NCBI GenBank assembly: GCA_951406725.2
Contig: OX597815.1
Span: forward strand, 71,920,001 to 71,984,000
Direction: 5' to 3'
Length of the DNA: 64,000 nt
Source: Octopus vulgaris
Taxonomy: Eukaryota
Shown here in pieces: positions 13,841 to 27,920 of the stretch; the stretch's first letter is position 1, and the number at the start of each line of letters is the position of its first letter. The position numbers were made by a program, and so were the translations under genes. Below the pieces are notes generated by a model. It saw only the letters and a list, made by a program, of their open reading frames with translations, had not been told where the DNA came from and did no database searches.

Positions 13841-14693
13841 CAAAAAAAAATAAACATGTATGATGTAAAACATTATAAGAATAATTCAGCACCGAAAAAG
13901 CAAGATATTTCTAATGATATTTGAACCTATTAGTATTTGTAACATCCTTGGGAGCCGTATTACCTATCATACCACTTAGCGCCTTCCGTCTGTCGTTCAA
14001 GTTAGGAAATAAATAGCTACCTATGTATCATACTAAGCGTACATAAACTGTTGACAGGTAATATGCTGTGGTTTTCTCTTCGAGAGAAAATCTCTTCATA
14101 GACATGTGCTAAAAATACGATATGTATCAGAGCGAGATAAACATCAGTGACCAGGAATCGCTTGCACGCGAGAGAAAATGCATAGTAACATTTATTCTAG
14201 CTTCGCTTCTGAGTTCAAATTCCGCCGGGGCTGATAAAATAAGTACCTGGTTGAGCACTGTGGTCGATATAATCCACAAACTTCTCAACTTTCTAGCTTT
14301 GCACCTATAAAAGAAAAACTTCTTAATAGTGTGGACTCAAGCTAGATAGAAGGGACAGCTGCATTAAAATTAGCCTATAGCAGTAAGCATCAGGGGCAAA
14401 AATGGCATATGGAAAGCCCAACTTCGAATTTAGGATCCGGTGTGATTTTAAGAGATTTTTTTTTTTTTTTTTTGAATAAACAAAGTGTTTTACATGACGT
14501 CAAATACGGTAATTTTATTTTATTCCATTTTTCCTGTCAAGGTCTTTTACTGAAAGACAGACACTGGATTAAAAGTAAACAAGATAATCAATAATAATGA
14601 TAATAATAATAAATGCAAGTAACATATATGGACAATTACAGATATAATTTATCTTGACTAGACACACTATCGCCAGTCATCACTGGCTTAATT

Positions 14694-14738
<45 letters not shown>

Positions 14739-15283
14739 TTCGTCGTCATCATCATCATCATTATTAATACTATCATATCTATAATACAATATAATGCGCT
14801 GATCAGACATTTGAATTTTGATCGAATGCCAGTGTTTAACCGCCTCTACCTCTCCCTTCCGTAGACAGTGTATTAACCAATATACTCACACGCGCGCACA
14901 CATACACACACACAATCGCGCCGCGACTGGCAATAAGTGGTTGGATCCTCGTCTTCTCTTGCCAAAATTCTCTTCGAAAAAAAGTAAAAAACAAAAACAA
15001 AAACAAAAACAAAAAACGACATCTAACCATATATTTCTGCCAACTTTGTCATTTTGTAATTCTGAAGAAAATACAGAATATTTGTCTTGTAGATTTTACA
15101 CCAAACGTTTTAGTTTTTCGTTCAAATTAACGAAGTGTCATTTTCACTCATTTGAGGCGAAGAAAAGATCTGGCTCCTGTCACTATTGGCTGATATCTGT
15201 TTGAAGTTCATTAACTTTTCGACAATAACATCGTCTTTTGCTGTCATCAGTAACGCAAAACTAGTAATAACATGTCTCTAGAC

Positions 15284-15460
15284 CAGTGCTCCGCAACCAG
15301 TATTTCGCTGCATACTGGTGTGCCACGAGATGATGCTAGGTGTTCCGCAGTGTAACCTGAATATATTTTCCCCCTTATACTTTCAGGTGTATTTTTAGTT
15401 CACGTGTGCCACCAAATTTTGAAAAGAATATAAACATACTGCAATTCAAAAAAGGTTGCC
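15284..15460. mobile_element. hAT-type MITE remnant
   Basis: Starts CAGTGCTCCGCAACC and ends AAAAAGGTTGC; related to 51773-51936. Confidence 0.55.
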
Positions 15461-15644
15461 TACGAGAAAAGTTTCTTGATTTGCTTGAAATGGAAGTAAA
15501 TTTACTTCAGATTACACTTTGCCGTCGAAGGACCAAAAAAAACATGGAATGATACATTGATAATGTGAACTTGGTTACATGGTACCCGAAGACAAGATGG
15601 TAGAGTTATTGTTGGAGTGTCTATAATCATTTCTTTTTCTTTTA

Positions 15645-15849
15645 ATTGTTTCAGTCGTTTGACTGTGGCCATCCTGGAGCACTACCTTTAGTCGAGCATA
15701 TCGACCCCAGGACTTATTCTTTGTAAACTTAGTACTTATTTTATTGGTCTCTTTTGCCGAACCGCTAAGTTACGGGGACGTAAATACACCAGCATCGGTT
15801 GTCAAGCGATGTTGGGGGGAACAAACACACACACACAAACACACACACA

Positions 15850-15892
<43 letters not shown>

Positions 15893-16075
15893 ACACACAC
15901 ACATATATATATACACGACGAGCTTCTTTCAGTTTCCGTATATCAAATCCACTCACAAGGCTTTGGTCGGCCCGAGGCTATAGCAGAAGACACTTGCCCA
16001 AGGTGTCACGTAGTGGGACTGAACTCGGAACCATGTGGTTGGTGAGCAAGCTACTCACCACACAGCCACTCCTAC
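15645..16075 (-). mobile_element. SINE family A
   Basis: Closely similar to 12159-12575. Confidence 0.9.
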
Positions 16076-16436
16076 GCCTAACTAGTGACTAAACAACAAC
16101 AAACGAGCATTCTATGGGTCAAAAAGGGAAGCCTCTACGCAGCAGCTTGATACCCCAGCAAGGCCGCGGTCCAATGACTGAAACAAGAGTGAAAGATAAA
16201 CGATAAATGATGTTCCTCTTTGTGATGCCTCTCAAAGTTTTCTTTTATTTAGTGAAGTACATTACTTTTTGATAAGACAGCTTAATTTATATTTGTATGG
16301 ACATGAACTGTGAAAATCGTTCATATCTTTAATAAATGGTGTGTGGGTTTGTTTTCATATGTCAAACAATACAGTTGCAGAGGTTGTAAATGCGGCACTG
16401 TCCTCCTGATGTATGTCCCTGTGGTTAATAGAAGAA

Positions 16437-16510
<74 letters not shown>

Positions 16511-16737
16511 CGTTTAATGAAAACTCTCAACTTATTTTGCTGGGTATAGTGGAAAGTATCAGCTGTCCACAGCCAGCAGGCTAAGGTGACACTTGTTTAC
16601 TGGTTTTGCTTCAAGAACCATGTGAAGAATTATTGCAGTTCCAAGCAATGCTGATTTTTGTTGGTGTTCTGTCTTTACATATGCATCAATCTTTTTGAGC
16701 CATATTGGTAGCGTGCTGATACTTCCAAGTGCGTCAT
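16511..16737 (-). mobile_element. 3' end of Dong/R4-type RLE retroelement
   Basis: ALGSI...QKSALLGTAIILHMVL C-terminal motif; flanked by (TTA)n. Confidence 0.7.
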
Positions 16738-16767
16738 TTATTATTATCATCATCATCATCATCATTA

Positions 16768-16840
<73 letters not shown>

Positions 16841-16844
<4 letters not shown>

Positions 16845-18441
16845 TAGTTTTATTTTTATAGTGTACTTTCACTTCACTACTGAGCACAGCTCTGTATGCC
16901 TTGGGTATATGCTGTGGTTTGCTGTAATGCTCTTATGGTTACTGTATTGAAAGTGTTTTGCGTAGGATGTGTGCAGTGCCCAGCAGTGCAATTTTCTGTA
17001 TGTTATATATATTTGTAAGTCCTGGTGTTTTTATTATGTATTTGTCTGAATATTTTTTTATCACACCTAATGCGCCTACTACGATAGGAATTGTTTGTTT
17101 TTAGATTCCACATTCGAGTTACCTCTATTTCCAGGTCTTTGTATTTTGAAAGTTTCTCCATTTCTTTTAGAGAAACGTTGTCATCTGCCGGTATTGATAC
17201 ATCAATTAGAAAGCATTTTTTTCTTCATAATCTCTGACAACTATATCTGGCCTATTGGCCTTAATGTATTGGCATATCCCAGGGCATGGTTGCTTTCTCG
17301 TTTTCTGTGACCTTTTCTGGCGTGTACCTATACCATCTTTTTTCTGTTGTTATTCCAAAGTGTTGGCATAGCTCCAGTGTATGTAGGTCCCAACTCTGTT
17401 GTGTCTGTGAATATATTCTTTCTTAGCCAGGACAGGGCAGCCAGAGATAATATGATTTATTGTTTCTTGTCTATCTCCACATATTCTTGTTATGTTTCTT
17501 TTCATTATATGTTTTGGGTAATTTCTGGTGGGGCGGCTTTGGTCTTGTACTGCAATTAAAAATCCCTCTGTCTCTACTTCTCAACCATTGCTGGGATTTT
17601 TCTCTATCTATTTCTTTTGCGTTTAGTTTAGCCCAGTATTTGCCATGAAGGGGCTTTTCTTGTCATCGTTTTATCATTGTCCATTGCTGTTCTAGTTTGG
17701 ATTTCATTTGTTTTATAGCTTTTGTTGTTTCTTCTTCTTCTTCATATTTGTTAGGTAGTATGATTTCTTGTTTGTGTTTGTCAGCTTCCTTAAATAGTGA
17801 GAACAGTTTTTTGTTTTGCTCGTGGCTATTTGTATTATTTTTCCTTGCTTCTGAAGTGGGTATTTTTGCAGTTCTATGGTGGTTATTTTATAATAGTTTT
17901 CCAGCTGTATAATGCCTCTACCACCTTCTATACGTTGTATTATATAGCCTTTCTATGTCAGATTTTGTTTGGTGTATCCTAGATCCTGTCATTATTCTTC
18001 TTGTTTTCCTGCCTATTTTGGTTAGTTCATTTAGTGCCCAGTTAAGGATATTGTAGCTGTAACTTATAACTGGGACGGCTAAAGTGTTAATACCTATCAT
18101 TTTGTTTTTAGCATGGAGCTCCGTTTTTAATATTGATCTAACTCGTCTATTAATATTCTTTCTTTATTTTCTCTTTCATTTGTGTGTGTTGTATCATATC
18201 TAGTTCATGGATTCCTAAATATTTGTATGGCTGGCTTTGGTCTAATTCTCTTATTTCATTGGCTTTATCTAGTGTGATGTTGCTACTCTTAACTAGTTTT
18301 CCTCTTTTCAGGGTTGCTTTGGTACATTTTTCTAATCCAAATTTCATATCTATTTCTTTGGTTAATCCATGTACTGTCTGTAGTAGTGTTTCCAGCCGTT
18401 TATTATTTGTAGCGTATAGTTTTAGGTCATCCATATATAAA
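16841..18441 (-). mobile_element. 5'-truncated Dong/R4-type non-LTR retrotransposon (RT end, RLE)
   Basis: LYMDDLKLY...FGLEKC...YKYLGI, INTLAVPVISYS, C-terminal IQKIALLGTAHILRKTL; (TTA)n at the 3' end, (TTA)/(TCA) tract at the 5' junction. Confidence 0.85.
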
Positions 18442-18485
18442 TTATTATCATCATCATCATCATCATCATCATCATTATTATTATT

Positions 18486-19010
18486 GAGTGAGAGAGCGGT
18501 GCATGCCATCACTGGGGTCTAAATATATGAAGCCCAATTTATCCATCGTGACTACCCGTCTGATAAGGGTATACCAGGAACATGCATCACAACCATATGG
18601 GGACCTCATATCAAGATAAACAGTGCATGACCTTGCAGGTGGAGCCCAATTAGATTTTTCTTCGTGTCGAGCAGCCCATCCTGCTCAAAAGATTCTTGAA
18701 TAAGGTTTTTTTTTCAAGGATGATGAACGAAACACCTATGTTTCTAGAGGTGAATTATTCAAACTCCAAAGAATTCTTCTCAACACATGGCTATGATGTT
18801 CCCCCACTACTTCTGCTTGTGATCAGAAATGCATATATAGTCAACTACCAAGGAACATGTTCAAATGGTTAAGATCAAGCAACTGAAAAGCAAATCTGTG
18901 GTATTGAGTAGAATATTTTCGGTAGCCCATCTTTTATACCAGGACAAAACATGTACATAACAACACTTCCAATTAGATAAGATCAAAAGCCATGAGAACC
19001 ACTGCCTGTA
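18486..19010 (-). mobile_element. Repeat following (TTA)n, probable 3' end of another TAA-associated retroelement
   Basis: GAGTGAGAGAGC.GTGC.TGCCATCA...TATATGAAGCCC recurs after (TTA)n at about 55118-55200. Confidence 0.5.
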
Positions 19011-19036
19011 TTATTACTTGTGTCTATAGTAGAAAG

Positions 19037-19123
<87 letters not shown>

Positions 19124-19124
<1 letters not shown>

Positions 19125-19510
19125 GATTTAACTCAGGTTCGTTCTTATTCCTGGCGGATTACTAACTGTAATCTTAGATTTCCATAAGTTTTTTCAGGTG
19201 CTTAAAACCCATCTGATAATCTTTCCTGTCCCTAAAAGGCAAACTTTCTGTGGAAGCTCTACAAGACATTCTATTCCAATCTCTTTCAACCATTTGTCTA
19301 TATCTTTACTCACAGTTACCAATACACCAGTTATTACAGGCACAACCTCTACAGTTTTCATACTCCAAATTCTTGCAATTTCAAATTTGAAGGGATTTTT
19401 TTTTTTTTTTATTTTTCATCGTCTTTCTTTACAATCCTGGAATCAAACCGACACGATGGGTCAATAAGTAACCATCTTCGCTTTTCCTTGTCTATTATTG
19501 TTATGACTTG
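19124..19510 (-). mobile_element. 3' fragment of Dong/R4-type RLE element
   Basis: Minus translation EIARIWSMKTVEVVPVITGV...QKVCLLGTGKIIRWVL; between (TTA)n tracts. Confidence 0.75.
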
Positions 19511-19530
19511 TTTTCTTCTTCTTCTTCTTC

Positions 19531-19610
<80 letters not shown>

Positions 19611-19612
<2 letters not shown>

Positions 19613-19822
19613 GGCAGTGAGCAGGCAGAATTGTTAAGGCGCTAGATGGAGTGCTTAGTAGTATTCCGCCTGTTGCTACTTTCTAAGTTCAAATTCTGCT
19701 GAAGTTGACTTTGCCTTCCATCCTTCGGGATCGAGAAAATAAGTACCAGTTGAACACTGGGGTCGATGTAATCGGCTCATCCTTCCCCAAAATTGCTGCC
19801 TTTGTGGCAAAATTTGAAACCA
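19611..19822 (+). mobile_element. SINE family B (MetaSINE-like domain)
   Basis: AGGCAGTGAGC.GGCAGAAT...GTTCAAATTC...TTTGCCTTCCATCCTTCGGGATCGA.AAAATAAGTACCAG. Confidence 0.8.
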
Positions 19823-19854
19823 TCACCATTATTATTATTATTATTATTATTATT

Positions 19855-19910
<56 letters not shown>

Positions 19911-19964
19911 TATTATTATTATTATCATCATTATTATTATCATTATTATTATTATTATTATTAT

Positions 19965-21500
19965 TCCGTCATAACACAGTGTAGATAAAAATGCACCGGA
20001 GTCTTTAGTCATCTGTCAAGTCACAACAAGGATCTCAGACAGATAATACTTTCCTTAAGATGTGCACTGTGCCTTATTAGGCTGCTTTTTGCAAGACATC
20101 AATCTTGCATGGGATTTCCAGTTGCTTTTAAAAGTTTTAAAGTTTCAGTGGGGGTGAGCCCAACGATCACCACTGATATCACTTTTACATTACCTTTTTG
20201 CATTCCAAAAAATCTTGCCCTTTCCACTTTCAATTCGGAGAACTTGGTGATTTTTTCAACCTCTTTACTCACAACATTCATATCATTTGGTATAGCTACA
20301 TCAGTGATCTGATAGTATTTGTCTCTCTTATTCAATATGACAATATCCAGCCGACGGTGTTCGATTACACGATCCGCCTGAAGATCAAAGTCCCAGAGTA
20401 TAGTTACTTTTCCATCCTCCTGCATAACTTTACTTGGTACATGCTCATACCAGTTCTCTGATACTTCATATTGGTATTTACAGCATAAGAGCCAATGAAG
20501 ATACACACACACTTTATCGTGGTGACGCTTGTATTGTTTTTGTGCAAGGCTTTCACATCCACTTACCAAGCGGGTTACATTTTTCACACTCTTTCCACAG
20601 AGTCTGCATTTCTGGGTGTTAGAAGTTTTATAGACTTCGCTGATTTTGTAGCAAGAGCCTGGTCTTGTGCAGCAATGATCAGGCTTTCGGTGGAACGCTT
20701 CAAATCACCTCACTCAAGCTATGCCCACGATGCTGTATTATTCTTTACGTCCTGTGTATTCCTTTCAAACTGTCCATGCATTCTCATTTCAAGAAGGTCT
20801 TTACTCTTTCCCACAGCTCTTTGGTTATACTCCTCCTTGCTCATCATTTCATCTGCATTTACATCCATATCTTTCGCGGTATATTGCAGTTGGTCTTCAT
20901 CACTATTTATCAAATACTCATTAAATGTTCTCCTTTATGTTCTCCTTTCACTTCTTATACAATGGTCTATGCTAATTAGTCCTCTGCCACCATTCTTTCT
21001 TTTCATATATAGTCTGTGTACGTTTACTTTAGGGTGTAGTGCCCCATGCAGCGTCATCAACATCCTCGTCCTTCTATCCAGTGTTGATATTTCCTCCTTA
21101 GTCCATTTGAGGATGGACGCTCTATCTCTGGCTACCGCAACTGCCCAGCTATTCATTACGGTAATCAAATTTTAGGCATTCGGGTTGAATTTCAACACCA
21201 TCTTCACCCTTTTTTGATACATTCGCTGACCTTGACTTTCATTTCTCTGTGTAGAATGTCACCCAGCTCCAAAATCCCTAAATATCTATACCCACTACCG
21301 TCGAGTTCACCCATGGTCTCTCCTGATGGTAACAGCAATCTTCTGCAGGCAGCTTTCTTCCCTCTTTTCATAATAAATACTGAGCATTTGGAAATCCCAA
21401 ATTCCATACCGATGTCCCTACCACACTTCTGGACTGTTTTGGTTAAGGAGTCTATCTGTTTCTCAGATTTCCTAAACAATTTCAGGTCATTCATATTAAT
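19965..21500 (-). mobile_element. 5'-truncated Dong/R4-type retrotransposon (RT end, zinc knuckle, RLE)
   Basis: MNDLKLF...FGISKC...YRYLGILE; RLYMKRKNGGRGL; AAQDQAL; GC.SLAQKQYKRHHDKV; LWDF...RRLDIV...DVAIP. Confidence 0.85.
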
Positions 21501-21527
21501 AAATAAATTAATTAATTAATTAATATT

Positions 21528-21690
<163 letters not shown>

Positions 21691-22928
21691 CACACAGGAC
21701 AAAATACTTAACAGCATTTCTCCTGTCTTATGTTCTCAGTTCAAATTCCACCGAGGTCAACTTTGCCTTTCATCCTTTTGCGGTCAATGAAATAAGTACC
21801 ATTTGAGTACTGGATTCCATACAATCGACCAGATCCCTTCTCTAAAATTCCAAGCCTTGTACCCATAAATAGAGAAAAATATTTTTTTTTTTTTTTTATC
21901 ATTTATTTCTTTTCAACATTAGACTACAGTCATACTGGATCACCCTCTTGAATAATTTAGTCGCGCATAGTACTTATTCTATCGGTCTCTTTTACCATAC
22001 CATAGTGGCGTAAATGAACCATCGTCGGTTGTCAATCGGTGAGGTGTGGACACACACACACACCGAGTTTCCTCACAGTTTCTGTCTCTAAATTCGTTCA
22101 CAAAGTACTGGTCGGCCCGGAGCTAAAGTGGAAGACAGAGTGTCGTCGGTGGGACTGAACCCGAAACCACGTAGTTGCAAAGCGAGCTTCTTAACCGCAC
22201 AGGCAATATCCATACAGTCATGCCTACGCCTATTTATTTTTAATTTCTCTTATTTTGTTTATTATATTTATTTACTTGCCGTTTGCATTGCTTGCGTGTT
22301 GATGTCATGTCATGTGTTGCTTCGATGCTTTCATCATAGATTGTTGCTATTTCCTTTAAATATCTCGATTTGGTTGTTGACCTTGTTCGGGAATACGTTG
22401 TTACATTACATTTATTGATTTTTTAGTCCACCTACAGCTTGTGTTGCAATTGCAATTTACACGTTCTGATTTTAAATTTCGCTTTGAATCCTGTTTACTG
22501 CATCATATTCAAATGCGTCAAGGTCTTTGTTCTGTGGTAGATATTTTAAAGGATTAAAACATAGTGCCACGCGCTTCATCATTGCTGTTGCTACCTTCAT
22601 CGTAACTGAAATAGCTCCGCCTTCGCATTCGTTTTTCAAATAATGGTGTGTTATAAATCTATGAATAAAACTGTGACTCTGATTCTGTTTTAAATATAGT
22701 AAGTTATCATTTGAACATGACATTAAGGCTATGTTCAGATGTATCTTATTCTGACGTCCAACAAGGCACCTTAGTACGTCACGTTTAGTCACTTTCAACG
22801 TAATGTACATCGCTAGAAAATGACTGCCACTCCCGTTTTTCGTGATCGGAAAGGTTAACTGAGAAAAGTATTCACTGTTATAAAACACATGCCACAATAT
22901 GTCGTATAAATATTTGTGCATTCTGTTC

Positions 22929-22970
<42 letters not shown>

Positions 22971-23128
22971 GTGGGAAATCGTTATAACAAGAAGAGCGGA
23001 AATCCAGTGTCTCATAAAGATCGTTTGACTTGAAAGTCAGAAGACAGACCCGGCTATGATTCACTTGCTCGCATGACCAGCAAACATACAAACACACTCA
23101 CGTATACACACATGTATGTGTGTTTTTG

Positions 23129-23176
<48 letters not shown>

Positions 23177-24089
23177 GCACACACACATACACATGCACAC
23201 ACACACACACGCTGAGTATCCCGTCGTTGACGGACTTTCGGACAAGCACACCCACATTAGTTGGATTTTCTTCATTTTTTTTTTTTACCTTTAATCTTTT
23301 ACTTGTTACAGTCATTAGACTTCGATCATGCATGGGCACATTTTGACGGGATTTTTCAAAATTTTTTTTCACTATACCCTTGTAAATGAAGGGGAAGGGA
23401 AGCTTTTTATGAAAAACATTTTTGAAAATTTATGAATCCTCCTTCCGTGAGACACCTTTGTAATAGAAAAATAATTTTGGAAAATTTATGATTTCTTCCA
23501 AACACCCGCCCACTCTGACTCCCACACTCAGTTCCAATTTTGACCAATTTATTTTTGCACTATGCACTTAAAAACGATGAGAAAAGCCTTGAAATTTTTT
23601 TTAAAAAAGGGAAAAGGAAAAAAATTGGAAAATTTCAATCCCCAATTCCTTTATTTTCAAGCAGAAAATAAAACTATCTAAAAACAATAGTGAAATATTT
23701 TTAAATGTTTTAATTAACCACCCCCAACCCCTTCTCCACATATATCCTAAGATTTCAGCTTTTTTCGAGATTTTTTAAAATCATAGTTCGAATCTACACT
23801 TTATTCTGTTTATAATTTTAAAATAATATTCAGACGAAGAGGTGTGTGATTTAAGGGAGATTTAGCTGTTGTTTCTTTGACTCCCACGACTACCTTGTAT
23901 CTTCCTTGTTTTTTTTGTCACATGTACTGATATTTTTAAGCATTTTCCCCTCATAAACACATGTTTTGAAATGATGATGCCGTATTCCATTGTTGGGATT
24001 TAAGCAAAAAAAAACCCCCAAAATTTTGTAATTTTAATTTTTAATCCCGACCCCGTGTCAAGTGAGTCGTGTGTGTGAGTATGTGTGTG

Positions 24090-24150
<61 letters not shown>

Positions 24151-24753
24151 TATTTACTAACAGAAAAGTATACTGTTAAAATAATCTTTTACATCCCGTT
24201 TTTAAGTCACTCTATTGCCCCTTACACACATACATACACACGCACACCCACACTCAGCGAGAGCTATATGCTTTTATAGAGAGTGAGAGAGAGTGCGGTA
24301 AATATATAGAGAGCGCGGATAATTTTATCACGAGAAAGCGAAAAATGGAAGATATAGACGGAGAGATGCTTTCTATTACTGTAACAGATTTCGAATTTTT
24401 AAATTGGGTGAAAAATTTTTTAATTTGGTATATTGATATACCTTTGAATGCTGATTCTGCGTTTGTATTTCATTTATTCCACAAAATGTTTTTAAAAAAG
24501 GTTACATAGCTTTAAAGTTTGATGATGTTAATCCAAACTGAAAACAGGGTACAAGAAAATAGCTGTTTATTATAAAATGTAAGTAAATATTAGAAAGATT
24601 ATTAAACAAAATGAAAGCAATGCGTAAGAAATAATACATATACAGAGTGAGAGAGAGAGAAAGAGAGGAGAGATAAATTGATTGATGATGACACAGAATT
24701 TGGGAGAGTTGTCGATGTAAAGGTTGAGTTATTTCTCGTAGCAAATTATATTT

Positions 24754-25130
24754 TTACCTCCGCCAAGGAAGTAGGTTATGTTTTCATCGGCGTTTGTTTG
24801 TCCGCCTGTCCGTCTGTGTGCAAAATAACTCAAAAAGTTGTGAACGGTATTTGATGAAACTTGCTGGAAAAGTTGGTAATGACACAAGGAACAGATGATG
24901 AAATTTTGGTAGTAATTCGGGAATTTTTATGGATTCTTGAAGGATTTTTCATTTGTTATATCTACTTTACATGAAGTATTACGTTCTTTGATTATCTCCC
25001 TTGAAAACACATTCATCAATTCCACGCAACCTATGATACTGTTGCTGATTCCAAAGTTTATTTTCGTTTCTCTATTAGTAATTTTACTCGCGTATCTATC
25101 TTAAAATGAGCTGCTAGGCGGAGGTCTGCG
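24754..25130 (+). mobile_element. Helentron-associated (HINE/DINE-like) non-autonomous element
   Basis: Subterminal inverted repeats TTACCTCCGCCAAG / CTAGGCGGAGGT and a GTTT/GTCC microsatellite near the 5' end; 3' end replaced by a LINE fragment. Confidence 0.7.
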
Positions 25131-25610
25131 GACAAGCCTTGACTATTGGGATCGACTCAAAAAACTCAGGCTTTGCTCCCTCCGCCGCCGCTGTGAGCTC
25201 TATATCATCTGTATGATGTGGAAAATATTCTATCAATATTGCCCATCTTTAAAATTCGTCCGAAGCTTGGCCCCCGTGCTATCCGTCCACTACAGAAATG
25301 TTCGCATCGTATCACAACACTATGACAGAACTATTTCACCTCAATTGGCCCTGCTCTCTTCAACATTGTGCCAGACACACAGAAAGAAGGAAAGTGACTT
25401 CACGGCATTCAAACGATCTCTAAATGATTACCCCCAACAAATACCAGATAAACCACCCACACCCAGATATGTCTCTGAAAACAATAACCCTCTGCTTGAA
25501 TGGGCTATGGTTCCCCAAAGTTGACTGTGTATTTCTTCCAGGTAGTGCTATTAAATTAAACATGGCCTGAGTCAACTTCGGCCGAAACTTATCTAAGTAA
25601 TCTAATCTAT
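25131..25610 (+). mobile_element. 3' fragment of CR1/L2-group LINE
   Basis: LDYWDRLKKLRLCSLRRR...MMWKI...IPDKP, homologous to the C-terminus of the 49539-51650 ORF; short repeat tail. Confidence 0.75.
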
Positions 25611-25849
25611 ACTGTAAGCTTTTAATCAAAGCATGAGAACGTGGGTAGAGGCTGATATCTTAACATTTCTGATAGTCTTAAGTATTAAAAAAATTATTAA
25701 AGATTTATATAAAACTACATTCAAAGTATGTCTATAAGCTATTGTGTTTAAACCTGGTTTCTATCATCAAACTGTTCCGTTTTGTAGAAGCAATTTTTTA
25801 AAAATAAAACACTCCGAAATTTTAAAATCATATGGCTGTGTTAATCTTT

Positions 25850-25980
25850 TTTTACCCCCGCCAAGGAGGTTATGTTTTTGCCGGCGTTGGTTTGGGAAAT
25901 TGGGCGATTTTCAGCATGCTTGTATATGGGTGGAAATGAGCTGCTTGGCGGAGGTCTGCGCCTTCCAAGTGCTTTTCTAG
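25850..25980 (+). mobile_element. Short HINE-like copy
   Basis: TTACCCCCGCCAAGGAGGTTATG...CTTGGCGGAGGTCTGCG..AGTGCTTT. Confidence 0.7.
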
Positions 25981-26361
25981 TTTAATATTATTATTAGGAG
26001 ACAACCTTCTCTTTGAGATGCAAATTTCGAAAATTAAATTCGTTTTTCTCGAGGACGCACCATTTCAGAGCCTTTCTGGCCTAAACACACATACGCAACT
26101 ACATACAATCGCATATCTATATATATATGTATATATAATCATGCAAGAGTTTCCCACTATAACTCTAATTTACATACTGTAAGCATTGTATGTATATATA
26201 CATATACATATTGTACGATACAAATAAGAAGATATTTTTTCGAACTCAGTAATGCCTTTCGAACAGGCGATACTGCGTTCGAACAAATATCATCTTGTTT
26301 GTACAATACACATTTCGACGCTTCTAATAAAAACAAATGTAAGTTTGTTTATAGTTATAAG

Positions 26362-26395
<34 letters not shown>

Positions 26396-26434
26396 CGTAT
26401 ATATGTATATATGTTATATGCATGCATATATATA

Positions 26435-26707
26435 TCACGTGATCACGTGACCGACCAGACCATCAGATGGTGTTACACATCGCTGGTCACAATGCGCTTC
26501 GCATTGTTTTAGCCTTCGAATGACGCCACCCCGCTGGCTAAGCGAGCAGGCCAACAGAAGAAAGAGTGAGAGAAAGAGTGGTGAAAGAGTACAGCAGGGA
26601 TCACCACCCCCTGCCGGAGCCTCGTGGAGCTTTTTTAGGTGTTTTCGCTCAATAAACACACACAACGCCCGGTCTGGGAATCGAAACCGCGATCCATTGC
26701 GCCTCCA

Positions 26708-26710
<3 letters not shown>
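26435..26710 (-). mobile_element. tRNA-derived SINE family C, head partly deleted
   Basis: Minus GGATCGCGGTTTCGATTCCCAGACCGGG...GAGCGAAAACACCTA..GCTCCAC, shared with 38184-38477. Confidence 0.75.
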
Positions 26711-26769
<59 letters not shown>

Positions 26770-27634
26770 TTATGTAGAGAGAAGGACGGGGGTGGAGATT
26801 CATATATACATTTTTGCAATTCTGCTTATTTTGACATTGAATCCGTTATCATTTCTGTTACAAAAATCCAATTGCTACATGCTAGGGTCTGCAACTGAAG
26901 ATACCAATGTAACCCATAATTTCTTTGAAGATCTGTCCTAAAAATGTTTACAATGCCAAAAATCAATCAGAGTTAATAACATTTCAGCTGACATAGAAAT
27001 GGAATTTAGCCAAAAGAAGTATTTATATTTGATTGTTGAACGTTGAAAATCAGTTTCCCAAACCGAGAACCTATACTCAATGGTCTGTATCTTTTCTGTT
27101 TCTCACAAAGAATGCGTCATGTACCTAGGCATTGACGTAAATATACACGGAGGCTCTTTGAATAAAGATAGATACCAGACTTAGAAAACTATGACAGCCG
27201 GACACCTCTTACAAGACAATAGGCCACAATGCATTTGCAGTAAGTGTTGATTCCAACATTTGGGGCAATTTATTGATCTGTAGAGGATATCCACTCCATA
27301 AACATTAAAACCTGAAAGATCTTTACATCAACTGGAAACTTCCACACAAACAGTGATATCGACTGGCTCTAAAAAGAGATGAAAGAGGTAGAAGCTTGAG
27401 ATCAATGAAAACAGCCTTCGGATATGATACAGTCTCTCAAACAGAATCTACTAAACAGCAGTATGAAAAAGAAATATATAAACCTAGTAAGGACAAGTGA
27501 GGAGGACAACCACGTGGTTTCGGGTTCAATCTCACAGCCCAGCACCTTGTGTAAGTGTATTCTCCTATAGTCCAGGAGTGACCAATGTCTCATGAGTTAA
27601 TTTGGTACACAGAAACTGTGGAAGCCCGTCGTAC

Positions 27635-27681
<47 letters not shown>

Positions 27682-27685
<4 letters not shown>

Positions 27686-27837
27686 GAGTTCACATTCCGC
27701 CGAGGTCGATTTTGCTTTTCATCCTTTCGGGGTCGATTAAATAAGTACCAGTTACGCACTGGGGTCGATGTAATCGACTTAATCCCTTTGTATGTCCTTG
27801 TTTGTCCCTTCTGTGTTTAGACCCTTGTGGGCAATAA

Positions 27838-27840
<3 letters not shown>
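27682..27840 (+). mobile_element. SINE family B, 5'-truncated
   Basis: TTCCGCCGAGGTCGA...TTTCATCCTTTCGGGGTCGA.TAAATAAGTACCAG. Confidence 0.8.
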
Positions 27841-27906
<66 letters not shown>

Positions 27907-27920
27907 TATACATACAGATA

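Noticed and set aside
22472-22921. 149-aa minus-strand ORF in unique DNA
   Set aside because: No recognisable domain, splice support or coding-like composition
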